The notes below the pieces were generated by a model that was not told the DNA's origin, made no database searches, and saw only the letters and a program-made list of their open reading frames with translations. From a virus (lineage: Duplodnaviria > Caudoviricetes): DNA of 64,000 nt. Numbering within the stretch: the stretch's first letter is position 1; each line of letters opens with the position of its first letter. The DNA lies in the IMG/VR virus record IMGVR_UViG_3300031992_000032, positions 1 through 64,000 of that record; one strand, given 5' to 3'. The position numbers and the translations under genes are program-made. Shown piece by piece: positions 1 to 11,345 of the stretch.

Positions 1-1
1 T

Positions 2-3000
2 AATATCAATGCTTATTTAGATTTTTCTGATTGTTCTGCTGCTTCTGCTGAAAGTGGATTTATTGGAGCTTATCAAAATAATGTAGGAAGTTTATTATTT
101 GGAATTTATAAGTCTTCTTCTAACTATTATTTTAGATTTTCTTATGGAGGTCCTTGAAATGGAGATATGATATCAATAGATTCTAATCGACATAATATTT
201 GATTAAATCAAGATGGAATAAATAAATTAGATAATACTGTTTTAGCTACAGAATCAGATGTCTCTACTTCATTAAATTCTAATAAAAATGGTTATATTTT
301 TTGAACTAATGGAGGGACATCCTATAAAGGAAGCTTTAAATTATATTCTTGTAAAATTTGAGAAGAAAATATTTTAGTTAGAGATTTTCTTCCTATTTTA
401 GATGAAAATAATATTCCTTGTCTTTATGATAGCATTGAAGGAAAATTTTATTATAATGCAGGAACAGGAACATTTAAATATGGATATGAAATAAATAATG
501 ATAAAAAAGTTTTAACTGGAAAAAGTTACACTCCTATTGAATATGCTCAATCAACAGGAGCTCAATATATTGACACAGGATTTAAACATAATCAAAACAC
601 TAGAATGATTGCAGAAATAGAGCTTTTAGGTGGTAATGCATGGATTAATATTTTTGGTTCTTGAGGCAACACAAATAATGGTGATAGACGTATGATGGGC
701 ATACAATGTAACACAGATGGTATGGGGTGCGTTTCAGCATATTATGGCAATGGTTTATATAATAAATGGACTGGTGTAACAGGAAAAACGACATTTGATT
801 TTAATAAAAATGTCTATACAATTAAAGGAACTTCACATACATTTACAGCGGCATCATTCCAATCATTATACAATGACTATATATTTACAGCGTCTGGTTA
901 TAGTGGCGGACCTGAAACTGGTTGTGCCCAAAAATTATATTCATTTAAAATATATGATAATGGTAGACTTATTAGAGATTATATACCTGTTAAAGATGAA
1001 AATGATATAGTATGTTTATTTGATAAAATTAGTAATAATTTTTATTATAATCAAGGGACAGGAGATTTAACGGCAGGCCCTGTAACAGGTCAAACTGTTT
1101 TGGTAGGGTATGAGCCTTTAAATTATATTGAAAGTAATGGAACTCAATATATCAATACTAATTTTTATGCAAATAATAATACTCACATACAATTAAAAGC
1201 AGTCCCAACAAAATTTGAAGAAGAGTGACAATGTATCTTTTCAAGTAAAACGGCATACCAACAAAATGAATATGTATTACAGGTACATCGAACAAATAAT
1301 AATTGATATTCTTCGTATGGAACAAACGATAGTAGAGATGTAAATATAGTATTAGGAAAAGAATACATTTGTGATAAAAATAAAAACATTACAAATATTA
1401 ATGGAACAACAATGACTTTAGATTCAGCTACTTTTACCGCAACTCACCCAGGATATATATTTGCAGATAATGAAAATGGGGCTTGTCATTTCTGAAGAGG
1501 AAAACTTTATTATTTAAAAATATATGATGATACAACATTAGTAAGAGATTTTATTCCAGTTTTAACACAAGAAGGAATTGTTAGCTTATATGACCAATTA
1601 AATAATAAATTTTATGTTAGTGAAACAAATAATTTAATAGCAGGAACTTCAGAATTTAATACTTCTGTAGCAAGAAAAGTTAGAAGAGGATATGTAGGGG
1701 TTAAGAATCAATATCAAGAGTTAGAATATTTAGAAAGTACTGGAACTCAATATATTAATACAGGAATTATTCCTACTCAAAATACAAGAACTAAAATAGC
1801 ATTTCTATTAACTAGTGGCACACAAGGTGAATATGCAGGAATGATGGGATATCAAAATGCAGATGGTAGTGGATCCAGTAACTATCGTCTTGGTAATGTT
1901 CCTGGACGCAATTTTCAATTTAATGGAGGCTCTAGTTATATAGTAGCAGAAAATACAGAAAGATTTAAATATTATGTTGCTGATTGTTCTATGAACAATT
2001 TTATAGTTAATGGAATTTCTCATTCAAGTTCTGGGCAAACCTGAGGAACTGCATCAGGCCCTATCTATTTATTTGGAAGATATAGTAGTGAATCTTCAGG
2101 AGTTTTATCTTCAACTTTATGTTCAGCAAGATTATATTATTGTAAAATATATGAAAATAATGTTTTAGTTAGAGATTTTATTCCTATTTTAGATGATAAT
2201 AATATTCCTTGCTTATATGATAAAATTACTTATAAACGTTTCTATAATATTGGAACAGGAACTTTTAATTATGGATACAAACTTGATAAGCCAAAAGGTA
2301 CTATTTTAGAATATATTGAAAGTACGGGTACTCAATATATAGATACTAATTATAAAGCAAATGATAATACATCAATAGAAATGATAATTAAATTTAGTAC
2401 TCTTTCGAGTGGGCCAGATGGATTTTGATGTAGTCGTGAAACTTCAGATATAAATAGTTACACACTATATAAAACAACAAATCGTTATTTAGGTCGTTAT
2501 GGAGCTAATGAAGAAAGTATATCTTTTACTCCACAAACGGATATATTATATACTCTTAAGCAAGAAAAAAATAAATTTTATATTAATGGGGTTCTTATGG
2601 CAATCTATCCTGATGCTACTTTTAATAGCCCTAATAATTTAATATTATTTGCTTTAAATAATGCTTCGTCTTCAAATCCAGACGTGCAAAGTTTTGGTGA
2701 ATTTAAATTATATCAATGTAAAATTTGAGATGGAGATACTCTTGTAAGAAATTTAGAACCTGCTTTGGATTATGATGGAATACCTTGTTTATATGATTGG
2801 GTTTCTCAAAGTTATTTTTATAACAAAGGAACAGGACAATTTTTATATAGTTATAATTCATCTACGACATCTTATAAAAGCACTGGGAAAAAATATACTC
2901 AATTAGAGTATATTCAATCAACTGGAACCCAATGAATTGATACTGGTTTTAATGTAACTCCAAATACAAGATTAACAATGTCATTACAGCATACATCATT

Positions 3001-4657
3001 TACAGTACAGGATAGATTTTTTGGTTCTTATGATTCTAGCGGATTATTTTTCTGTTCTTACATAAATGGTACAAGTGAATATGCTTTCGCTTATCAAAAT
3101 AATGAGGGTAATTGAATTGATACTAATAAAGATGCAAAAAATAATTCTACTTTAAATATTGATTTTGATGGAAAAAGTAAAAAATATAAATTATCTGGAG
3201 CAGTGTCATGTAGCGAAGATTTAACGCGTTATACTGCAACATTAGGTTGTAAGCAAACTTTAGCTTTATTTGGAGGAAAAGTTAATTCCGGTGCTATTGC
3301 AGGCCTTGCTAAAATGAAATTGTATTATTGTAATATATATAATGATGGTGTTTTAGTAAGGAATTTTATTCCTGTTAAGGATGAAAACGGAGTTGCCTGT
3401 CTATTTGATAGAATTAGTCAAAATTTCTTCTATAATGCAGGAACAGGAACGTTTACTGCTGGGCCTGAGACTGGAATTACTATTCAAACAGAATATCAAC
3501 CAATTAATTATATAGAAAGTACTGTTTCTGGACATCAATATATTAATACAGCAATACAAGGTGCTACAAAAATTGAAATGAAAATGAAATTTAAAAAATT
3601 AAATCCTGATGGCTCTGATGGTAATAATGCTCTAATCTGAGCAGAAAATTCAGCAGCTCCTTGAAATGCTAATGGAATTAGATATGCACTGTATGGCAGT
3701 ACGACAGAAGACCAAAGATGACAAATTGCTGGAGGAACAACTTTTTATTATAATTTTCCAAATATGGATACTGAATACATCTTAGAAGGAGATACTTCAG
3801 TTGCAGATGATACTATAAATTATTCTTTAAAAATAAATAATGAATTGGTTATTTCTGGAAGTAATACTGCAGCTTTAACATCTAATCCATTATATTTATT
3901 TGCAAGTAATCAGAATGTTTTTCCAAAACAGTATTCAATTATACAGTTATATTACTGTAAATTTTGAGATGAAAATAATAATTTAATAAAAAATCTTATT
4001 CCAGTTTTAAATTATAATGGACAACCTTGTTTATATGATACTATTGAAAATAAATTTTATGAAAATTTAGGTCAAGACAAATTTGTTATAGAAAATACTT
4101 CTAGTACAAAAGTAATAACTCCTGGAATAGCAAGAGAATTTTATCATGTTCCAAGATATACGACATTTACGAGTTCAATAGCACCAACAAGCTGAAGTGG
4201 GTCAACTACAACGGCAAACGCGGAATTTTCATCATCAAACTCATATGGTACTTGGACGTGTAAGATGGATAAACAAGCATACAATTCAACATATGTATGC
4301 TGAAAAGCCTTTGATAATGACACATCAACATATACTAGACCATCTTCAACAATTACCAACTGGGTACGAATAATATTACCTACAAATATTTCAATATGTC
4401 CTTCTAAAATTAGTATAAGAGTTGCGTATTTTAGAAATGGGTCTTATATTGAAGGATATAATGCAGAAAAAGGTGTGTGGCAAAAATTATATACACATTC
4501 TGCAAATATTAGTGGAACGGCAACAGATATTACAGCTAATATATCAACCGATCAATATTTTACACAGTTTGCCGTTAATGCGCAATACTATTCAAATTCA
4601 GTTAGATTATATAATTTTAAAATAACAAATGGAATAGTAGCAGATGATAGATTATAA
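2..4657 (+). CDS. Large repeat protein (5'-partial), about seven ~190-aa units, likely LamG/ConA-like tail fibre or adhesin; TGA=Trp
   Basis: ORF fragments at 692, 1841, 3203, 3764 and 4475 share one frame and end at TGA except the last; repeated motifs EYIESTGTQ(Y/W)IDT and KLYxCKI(Y/W)xNxxLVRDFIP...CLYD...FYYNxGTG. Confidence 0.75.
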
Positions 4658-4682
4658 TTTTTAAAGGAGGATATTATATATA

Positions 4683-5024
4683 ATGGTATACGCAGAATTA
4701 TATAATAAAAGAAAAACATATTTTTTCCAAGATAGTCATTATGCAACTTATGAAGCTTTAAAAGCTTTATTTCCTGCAATAGATGATTTGGCGCAAATAG
4801 TATTTACAGATTATACTGGACAAATAATTATATCTATTGAGCCTTTAAATTTAAAAAGGACTGAGCTTGAAATAAGTCCAACTTTAACAAATGAAGATGC
4901 AGTCCTTGCAATCGTAGAAAAACTAAATAACCCTGATGAAGAAACTTTAGATCAAACTCGTATTGCAGATGCTTTGGAAGATTTAGTTGTTCTTAATATG
5001 CCAGATGAGGAGGTAATTGAATAA
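4683..5024 (+). CDS. Hypothetical tail-associated protein
   Basis: Intact 113-aa ORF with AAGGAGG SD, between fibre gene and XkdX-like gene. Confidence 0.7.
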   Translation: MVYAELYNKRKTYFFQDSHYATYEALKALFPAIDDLAQIVFTDYTGQIIISIEPLNLKRTELEISPTLTNEDAVLAIVEKLNNPDEETLDQTRIADALEDLVVLNMPDEEVIE

Positions 5025-5149
5025 TGTTTGAAAAATTAAAGAAAAGATATGATGAAGGCAGAATTTCAATTGCCATGTTAAGAGTATATGTTCGCAAAGG
5101 ACAAATTACTCCAGCTCAATTTAAAGAAATAACTGGCGAAGAATATTAA
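5024..5149 (+). CDS. XkdX-family small phage protein
   Basis: 41 aa MFEKLKKRYDEG...VYVRKGQITPAQFKEITGEEY, typical XkdX C-terminus; missed by the ORF track. Confidence 0.75.
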   Translation: MFEKLKKRYDEGRISIAMLRVYVRKGQITPAQFKEITGEEY

Positions 5150-5276
5150 AATAAAAATTTTTTGATTTTTAAAAAAATTTTTGATATAATAAATATATAA
5201 AATAAATGAAAAATGTTTATTTTATAAGTACAAAGTTTCCACCTAAACTTATTAGATTGAAGTCAATTAGAATTGC

Positions 5277-5315
5277 AAACGGGCAAACTTTGTTAAAAAG
5301 TTTGCCCGTTTTTTT
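5277..5315 (+). terminator. Rho-independent terminator
   Basis: aaacgggcaaacttt-gtt-aaaaagtttgcccgttt hairpin followed by T-run. Confidence 0.7.
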
Positions 5316-5442
5316 ATATTCTAAGAACAGAAAAGGAGTGAGTTAAATGGATACAAGAAATGATAGTTTAGCTCCTGTTCAAGGCGATGCAGAAAATCAA
5401 AGAAAAGAAGAAGATTTTGCATAGCAGAAAGGAGATATTCTA

Positions 5443-6534
5443 ATGAATGTTAAAAGAGGAATTGATATCAGTGCTCATAATGGAGATATCGATCTTGCCG
5501 CTTTAAAATCACAAATTGATTTTGTAATTATTAGAGTAGGATTTGGTACTTCAGGAACAATTGATAAAAAATTCAAACGAAACGCGGATCTGTGTAAGAC
5601 GTTAGGTATTCCTTTTGGATTCTATTGGTATTCTTATGCTTTAGGAGTTGTAGGTGCAGAAAAAGAAGCATATGCATGTTTAAAAGCAATTGCACCTTAT
5701 AAAGATAGTTATACTATGGGTGTATGATTTGATATGGAAGATGCAGATGGATACAAGAGAAGAAATGGAATGCCATCTAATCAAGTTTTAAGAAACATTT
5801 GTGCAAGATTTTGTAGTGTAGTAAAAAATGCTGGTTATTATACAGGTATTTATGCAAGTCAAAGTTGGTTTAATAATCAACTAAAAGGAAATGAAATCAC
5901 TGAGTATGATAAGTGGGTTGCACAATGACCTACATTCGGAGGCAATCAAAAAGGTTTGAATGTAAAGCCCGAAGATAAAACTGGCATTAATTTATGGCAA
6001 TTTACTTCATTTGGACAATTTAAAGGTTATTCTGGTAGATTAGATACTAATTATGCTTATAGAAATAATTTTACTTATAATTATGTTGTTCCTCAAAAGA
6101 AAACTAATGCGGAAATTGCACAAGAAGTATTAGCTGGAAAATGGGGAAATGGTGAAATTAGAAAAACAAAATTAACCGAAGCTGGATATGATTATGCGGC
6201 TATTCAAAGTGAAGTAAATAAATTATTAAATCAACCTATTCAACCTAAAAAATCTATTGAGGAAATTGCTCAAGAGGTTTTAGATGGTAAATGGGGAAAT
6301 GGTTCAGAAAGGAAAAGTAAATTAGAACTTGCAGGTTATGATTATAATGCAGTTCAAAAGAAAGTAACTGAACTATTAAACAAAAAGAAAAAGAAATCTG
6401 TTACTGAAATTGCTAAAGAAGTTATTGCAGGCAAATGAGGTAATGGAGCAGAAAGAAAGAAAAAATTAGAGGCAGCTGGATATAACTATATAGAAGTACA
6501 AAAGAAAGTTGCAGAGCTAGTAAAAAGTAAATAG
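5443..6534 (+). CDS. Endolysin, GH25 muramidase plus three CW_7 (Cpl-7-type) cell-wall-binding repeats; 3 in-frame TGA
   Basis: GIDISAHNG, W(TGA)FDMED, LWQFTS...RLDTN motifs; three EIAxEVxxGKWGNG repeats, the third using TGA for W. Confidence 0.9.
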
Positions 6535-6611
6535 GGCGGCAATCGCGTCCCAAGATTTTAGGACGCCTCCAAGAATCCCGGGACCGAGCTCCCGCGAAGG
6601 AGTTAATTATT

Positions 6612-7121
6612 ATGGCATATAATCCAAATAATTTTTATGGTCAAAGCAATCAGATGATGAATCAATTGTTAAGACAAAGGGATAATATTGATAGCCTGAT
6701 AAATCAATATTCTCAACCTTTCTTTACGTCACCTCAGGCGCCTGTCCAAAATATAATAAATACAAATTCTACTTCCCAAGTCGAAATGGAAGCTAGATAT
6801 TTAAAAACAGGTGAAAACGTAAATGACATTTTAATTAATAATAAGACTCTCTTTATAGATGAAAATAATTCTAAAATCTATATTAAGGATGTCAATGGAA
6901 CAATAGCAAAAAGCTATGATATTGTAATTCCTAAAGATGAAAAGGATTTAAAAATTGAAGAGCTTGAAAGCAAGCTTAAAGAATTGGAGGCAAAAGTAAA
7001 TGATAAATTTACAGAACCTATTAGGTCAATTAACAATGTCGAACAATCCAATGCAGATGTTGACAAGTCTACTAAGTCCCCAACAACAACAGTTATTAGG
7101 ACAAATACAAAGTCAACCTAA
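6612..7121 (+). CDS. Hypothetical protein (post-lysin cluster, gene 1)
   Basis: Intact 169-aa ORF with AAGGAG SD. Confidence 0.7.
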   Translation: MAYNPNNFYGQSNQMMNQLLRQRDNIDSLINQYSQPFFTSPQAPVQNIINTNSTSQVEMEARYLKTGENVNDILINNKTLFIDENNSKIYIKDVNGTIAKSYDIVIPKDEKDLKIEELESKLKELEAKVNDKFTEPIRSINNVEQSNADVDKSTKSPTTTVIRTNTKST

Positions 7122-7215
7122 AGAGCAACAAGCAGAATATATAGCCAACTTATGTAATCAGCGTGGAATAACAAAAGATGATTTATCTAAATTAATTTCT
7201 ATGTTACCACGTTAA
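7000..7215 (+). CDS. Small Gln-rich hypothetical protein
   Basis: 71-aa ORF preceded by GGAGG, overlapping the end of the upstream gene. Confidence 0.6.
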   Translation: MINLQNLLGQLTMSNNPMQMLTSLLSPQQQQLLGQIQSQPKEQQAEYIANLCNQRGITKDDLSKLISMLPR

Positions 7216-7274
7216 TTAATAAAAGTCTAAGGTAGACTTTAAAAACCTAATATTAAACTAAGGAGGAATGTTCG

Positions 7275-7859
7275 ATGGAAACAGGTTCAGGTATGTCAGC
7301 AGCAGATGTAATTGCTCTAACCAAAAATAACTATGGCGGTTTATTTGGTGGAGAAGGCGGAGTAATGGGTATTTTTGCTCTAATCATTATTTTCATTTTA
7401 TTATTTGGAGGTAATGGAGGATTTTGGGGCAATAATAATGCATCTACCGCACTAGGTATGGCAGATTTACAAAATAGTTTATACTTCCAAAGTCAAGACG
7501 CAACACTTAGAGGTTTAGCGCAAGGACAATGTAATTTAACAGACACAATTTTAACATCTAATTACAACAATTTAGTTGCAATGAAAGATATCCAACAACA
7601 AATATCTAACAGCATTGCTGCTATTGGTAATCAAGTCGCAGAACAAGGAAATATGACAAGGTCATTAATGCAACAAAATTATATTAATGAATTGTCTGAT
7701 AAGTTGCAAACAACAAGAGATGAGTTATCTAATCAAAGACAAACTTCTGCTCTTGCCGCAGCTATTCAAAATTCAACAGACACAATTTTAAATCTACAAG
7801 GTAGATATGTAATGAATCCACCTTGTTATAACACTTGTGGATGTGGTTCACTATATTAA
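7275..7859 (+). CDS. Gly-rich membrane-anchored coiled-coil protein with Cys-rich C-terminus
   Basis: TM helix IFALIIIFILLF, Q/N-rich coil, ends CYNTCGCGSLY; AAGGAGG SD. Confidence 0.75.
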   Translation: METGSGMSAADVIALTKNNYGGLFGGEGGVMGIFALIIIFILLFGGNGGFWGNNNASTALGMADLQNSLYFQSQDATLRGLAQGQCNLTDTILTSNYNNLVAMKDIQQQISNSIAAIGNQVAEQGNMTRSLMQQNYINELSDKLQTTRDELSNQRQTSALAAAIQNSTDTILNLQGRYVMNPPCYNTCGCGSLY

Positions 7860-7971
7860 AATAGTTCCTTGCTAATCGCAAGTTGATATAGGCATAGGAA
7901 CTTAAAAGAAAAGTTCCTATGCCGTTTTTTTATTTTGTAGTAAAAAATTAAAACAAAAAGGAGAAAATAAA

Positions 7972-8319
7972 ATGGATAATAATCTTATGATTTGTTCAAA
8001 TGTAACAGTATCAGATAATGAAGTAATTTTAGTCCCGAATAGAGAAGTAAAAAATGTAATCAACACAGGAACATACAGATTAGTGATCGCATCTAACGTT
8101 GCGGCTTCTGCAAATTTACCAGTATATATACAAACAGCCATTGGAAATATTCCATTAATTTGTAAATATGGAAATACAATTTATGCCAATCAATTAAGGA
8201 CAAGATACAACTATATTGTTGGATATGGTAATGAGAATGAAAATTATGAAAATGGACAATTTGTTATTTTCAATAAAATTTGTCCTAGAAGCACTATTTC
8301 TCCTACTGAATCAATATAA
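7972..8319 (+). CDS. Hypothetical protein
   Basis: Intact 115-aa ORF with AAGGAG SD. Confidence 0.7.
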   Translation: MDNNLMICSNVTVSDNEVILVPNREVKNVINTGTYRLVIASNVAASANLPVYIQTAIGNIPLICKYGNTIYANQLRTRYNYIVGYGNENENYENGQFVIFNKICPRSTISPTESI

Positions 8320-8339
8320 TTTACACAGGAGGGGCAAAT

Positions 8340-8780
8340 ATGCATAAAATTTATATACAAAAAATAATAGATTCATCTAATAATCAAAAGATGGAGGATA
8401 TGGCAGATTTATTTAGAAATTTAATTACAGACTTAAAAGATATTGATTATGATAAATATTGTGAGGTTGAAGATAGATTATATGAAATATCTGAAGGAAA
8501 GATATTAAATGAAGAAAAAGCAAAATGCATTATAGATAATATGAAACCATATGGAAGAAAATGGATTTTAGATGAAACTGAGCAAGTAAGATCGAATTAT
8601 GGTTATGTTAATATTAGACCAATTGATTTTTGGGTAGTTATGAATTCTGCATATAATGATTATAAAGATATATTTGAAGATGACGTTGAAAAATACGCAA
8701 TGTTTAGTTATGCTTTTATTAATGATGAAGATGCAGGAAAAGATAAAGTTTATAATTATTTTACAAAAATAGTAAAATAG
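8340..8780 (+). CDS. Hypothetical acidic helical protein
   Basis: Intact 146-aa ORF with AGGAGG SD; hairpin terminator follows at about 8788-8822. Confidence 0.7.
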   Translation: MHKIYIQKIIDSSNNQKMEDMADLFRNLITDLKDIDYDKYCEVEDRLYEISEGKILNEEKAKCIIDNMKPYGRKWILDETEQVRSNYGYVNIRPIDFWVVMNSAYNDYKDIFEDDVEKYAMFSYAFINDEDAGKDKVYNYFTKIVK

Positions 8781-8841
8781 TTTATATAGAAGGGGATAGT
8801 AAAATGCTATCCCCTCTTTTTTATTTTAAGGAGATGATTTT

Positions 8842-9780
8842 ATGGCGGTTTCCGCATTAGACAATTGAGAAAAATTTACTTATTTAGGAATAACAAAATT
8901 CCATAATAAAGGATACAAAGGAAAAGGAATAACTATAGCTAGTAGAGAAAATATAAAATCTAGACATGGAAATATGGTTGCAGATATAATTTCTCAAATT
9001 TGCCCAGACGCAAATATTCTAGTTAAACAAGATTATCAAGATCCAAAGAAAAGAGAAAAGAATATTGATATTTATACAACGAGTTTATTTTCTATTTCAG
9101 ATAAATATGAAAAAAATGTTCAAGCTGCTATTGATTTCAATAGAGAAGGAACTTTTTTATGTTGTGCAGTTGGAAATGATGCAAGTTCATCTTGCACAGG
9201 ATTAAGTAAATATGCGCATTGAATTTCTATTGGGGCATGTAATTTAGATAAAGGAAAAGTTTCTAGAGTATATTATTCGAGCATTACAGACAATATTGAT
9301 TATATGAGTTTTACAAATTTAAAAACAAATAAAGGACTTTTTACAGGAACATCATGTGCAGCGCCTTGTTTTGCTAGTATGCTTGCTCTTGTTCAAGGAT
9401 TTTTTAAAGAAAAAATTGGAAGAAAGTTAACTCATGAAGAATTAATAGATTTTATAAAAGAGCATACTCAAGATTTAGATAAAGAGGGCTTTGATGAAAA
9501 AACAGGATTTGGAATATTTATTTTACCCGATCCTGATGAAATTGACGTGACTAAATATGGAAAAGTTATTGAACAACCTATTTTTGATAAAAAAGAACCA
9601 TATATTAAAATGGCTATTGGAAATAAAGAAGTTTATGTTAATGGAGAAAAACAATTATTAGATGTAGCGCCATTAATGAAAGATAATAGAGCATTTGTTC
9701 CAGTAAGATTTATTAGTGAAAATTTAGGATATCAAGTAGAATGAAATAATGAAACAAAAGAAATAAAAATTTTTAGATAA
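8842..9780 (+). CDS. Subtilisin-like (S8) serine protease with C-terminal copper-amine-oxidase-N-like domain; TGA=Trp
   Basis: HGNMVA, AVGND, GTSCAAP motifs; C-terminal LDVAPLMKDNRAFVPVRFISENLGYQVEW; fragments joined through TGA. Confidence 0.8.
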
Positions 9781-9877
9781 AAAAATAATCGTGCAATGAT
9801 AAGTATTCAAAATCAAATCATTGCACGATAGAAAGGGATTTATATAAAATCTAAAATGCATTTAGCAAATTAGATTT

Positions 9878-11332
9878 TTATTCATAAACAAAATATAATC
9901 TACCTTCTTCTAAAGGCGTTACTCCTGGAGTAATGTCATCTAGACTATAAATATTATTATTACTAATTGTGTTATCTGAAATTGTTATTCCAGTTCCAGC
10001 TTCATATTCAGTAGCCAGCTTTTTGCTTCCTGCATCTTTATTTGTACCAGAGGTTGAATGAACATAAACATCTCCTGCATATCAAGCATTACCCTCTCAA
10101 TCAAGAGTGTGCGCATTTGAACGCTCTGATGGTCCTGTACCATTTCCTATAATATGGATATAAGTTCCTCTTTGTGTTTCACTTCCTGTTGTATCTAATA
10201 TATTATACATACCTTCTGCATGCTGTGAATATCTTTGCGCAGTTGTACCTTCTCCTTCAGCATGAGAATTATAACCAGAAGCAATAGTACTAGAACCTTC
10301 AGTATGAGATTCATAGCCAGAAGCTACAGTGTTGCTACCTTCGGCATGAGACTCATTACCGGAAGCAATAGTATAATAGCCTTCAGCATGCGAGTTTTCT
10401 CCACTAGCAATATTATTAGCTCCTTCTGCAACAGATCTTGCTCCAAAAATACCATCTCTTCTCGATCCAACTGTTAAGCCAGTCATTGTTAATGCTCCAG
10501 TCATTGTATCTCCAGTTTTTAATACATAGTTTCCTGATGCACTTACTGTTGACCATGTTCCATCGCTTTTTAAATATTTATTTGTATCACTTGTTGTAGG
10601 TGCTGGGACCAATCCTGCTACACCAGCTGTGCTTCCATTAGTACCTGTAAAAGCGGTTCCATTTGGACCAGGAAGATAACCATCGGTTCTAAAGTAATAA
10701 TTTGTTCCATCGTAATAAACAATATATGTTCCTGCTGGCAGAGTATGATTTGTTGTGCTAGAAGCTTCTCCATTTATATAAATTGGCTTTGCTCCTCTGC
10801 TATTTACATTGAATGTTAATGCGCTAGCACTAGTATTAGAACTTGCAATCAATACGTGTAAATATGAATTTGTTAATAAAGCATAGTTTGTACAAGTCGC
10901 TGTTTTTGCTGCAGATACTGCAGCTGTTGTACAATGTGCACTAGGGACTGTATCACTATTATTAGCATCATAACCGCCACTTATTCAAACCCAATAAGTT
11001 CCATCATACATATAATATAGAGTTCTATTTGCATACCCACAAATTTGAGAACTAGAACTTGTATAAGGTCTAGTTGTATTATACGCTGGTTGAATTGCAC
11101 CAGAATTATTAACATTTAATTTAACTGTACTTGCGCTATTTGTGTAAGAAAATCTTACTCCAATAATATTTCCTACTTGCAAAGACCATGCGGGATCATC
11201 AATTGTAACTATTTTTTCTGCAGTTGCCGCAGCTGTTGCGCAAGTTCCAAAAGCAATTTTAGGAGTGTTGTCATAAACATTGCCAATTATTCTTGAATCA
11301 CCAGTAACTAATAAATCTTTTAATTGAGCCAT
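9878..11332 (-). CDS. Tail fibre protein with YadA-head-like SHAEG repeats; TGA=Trp
   Basis: Fragments in one frame joined by TGA; 14-aa xxASGxxSHAEG repeats. Confidence 0.75.
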
Positions 11333-11345
11333 TTTTCCTCCCTTC

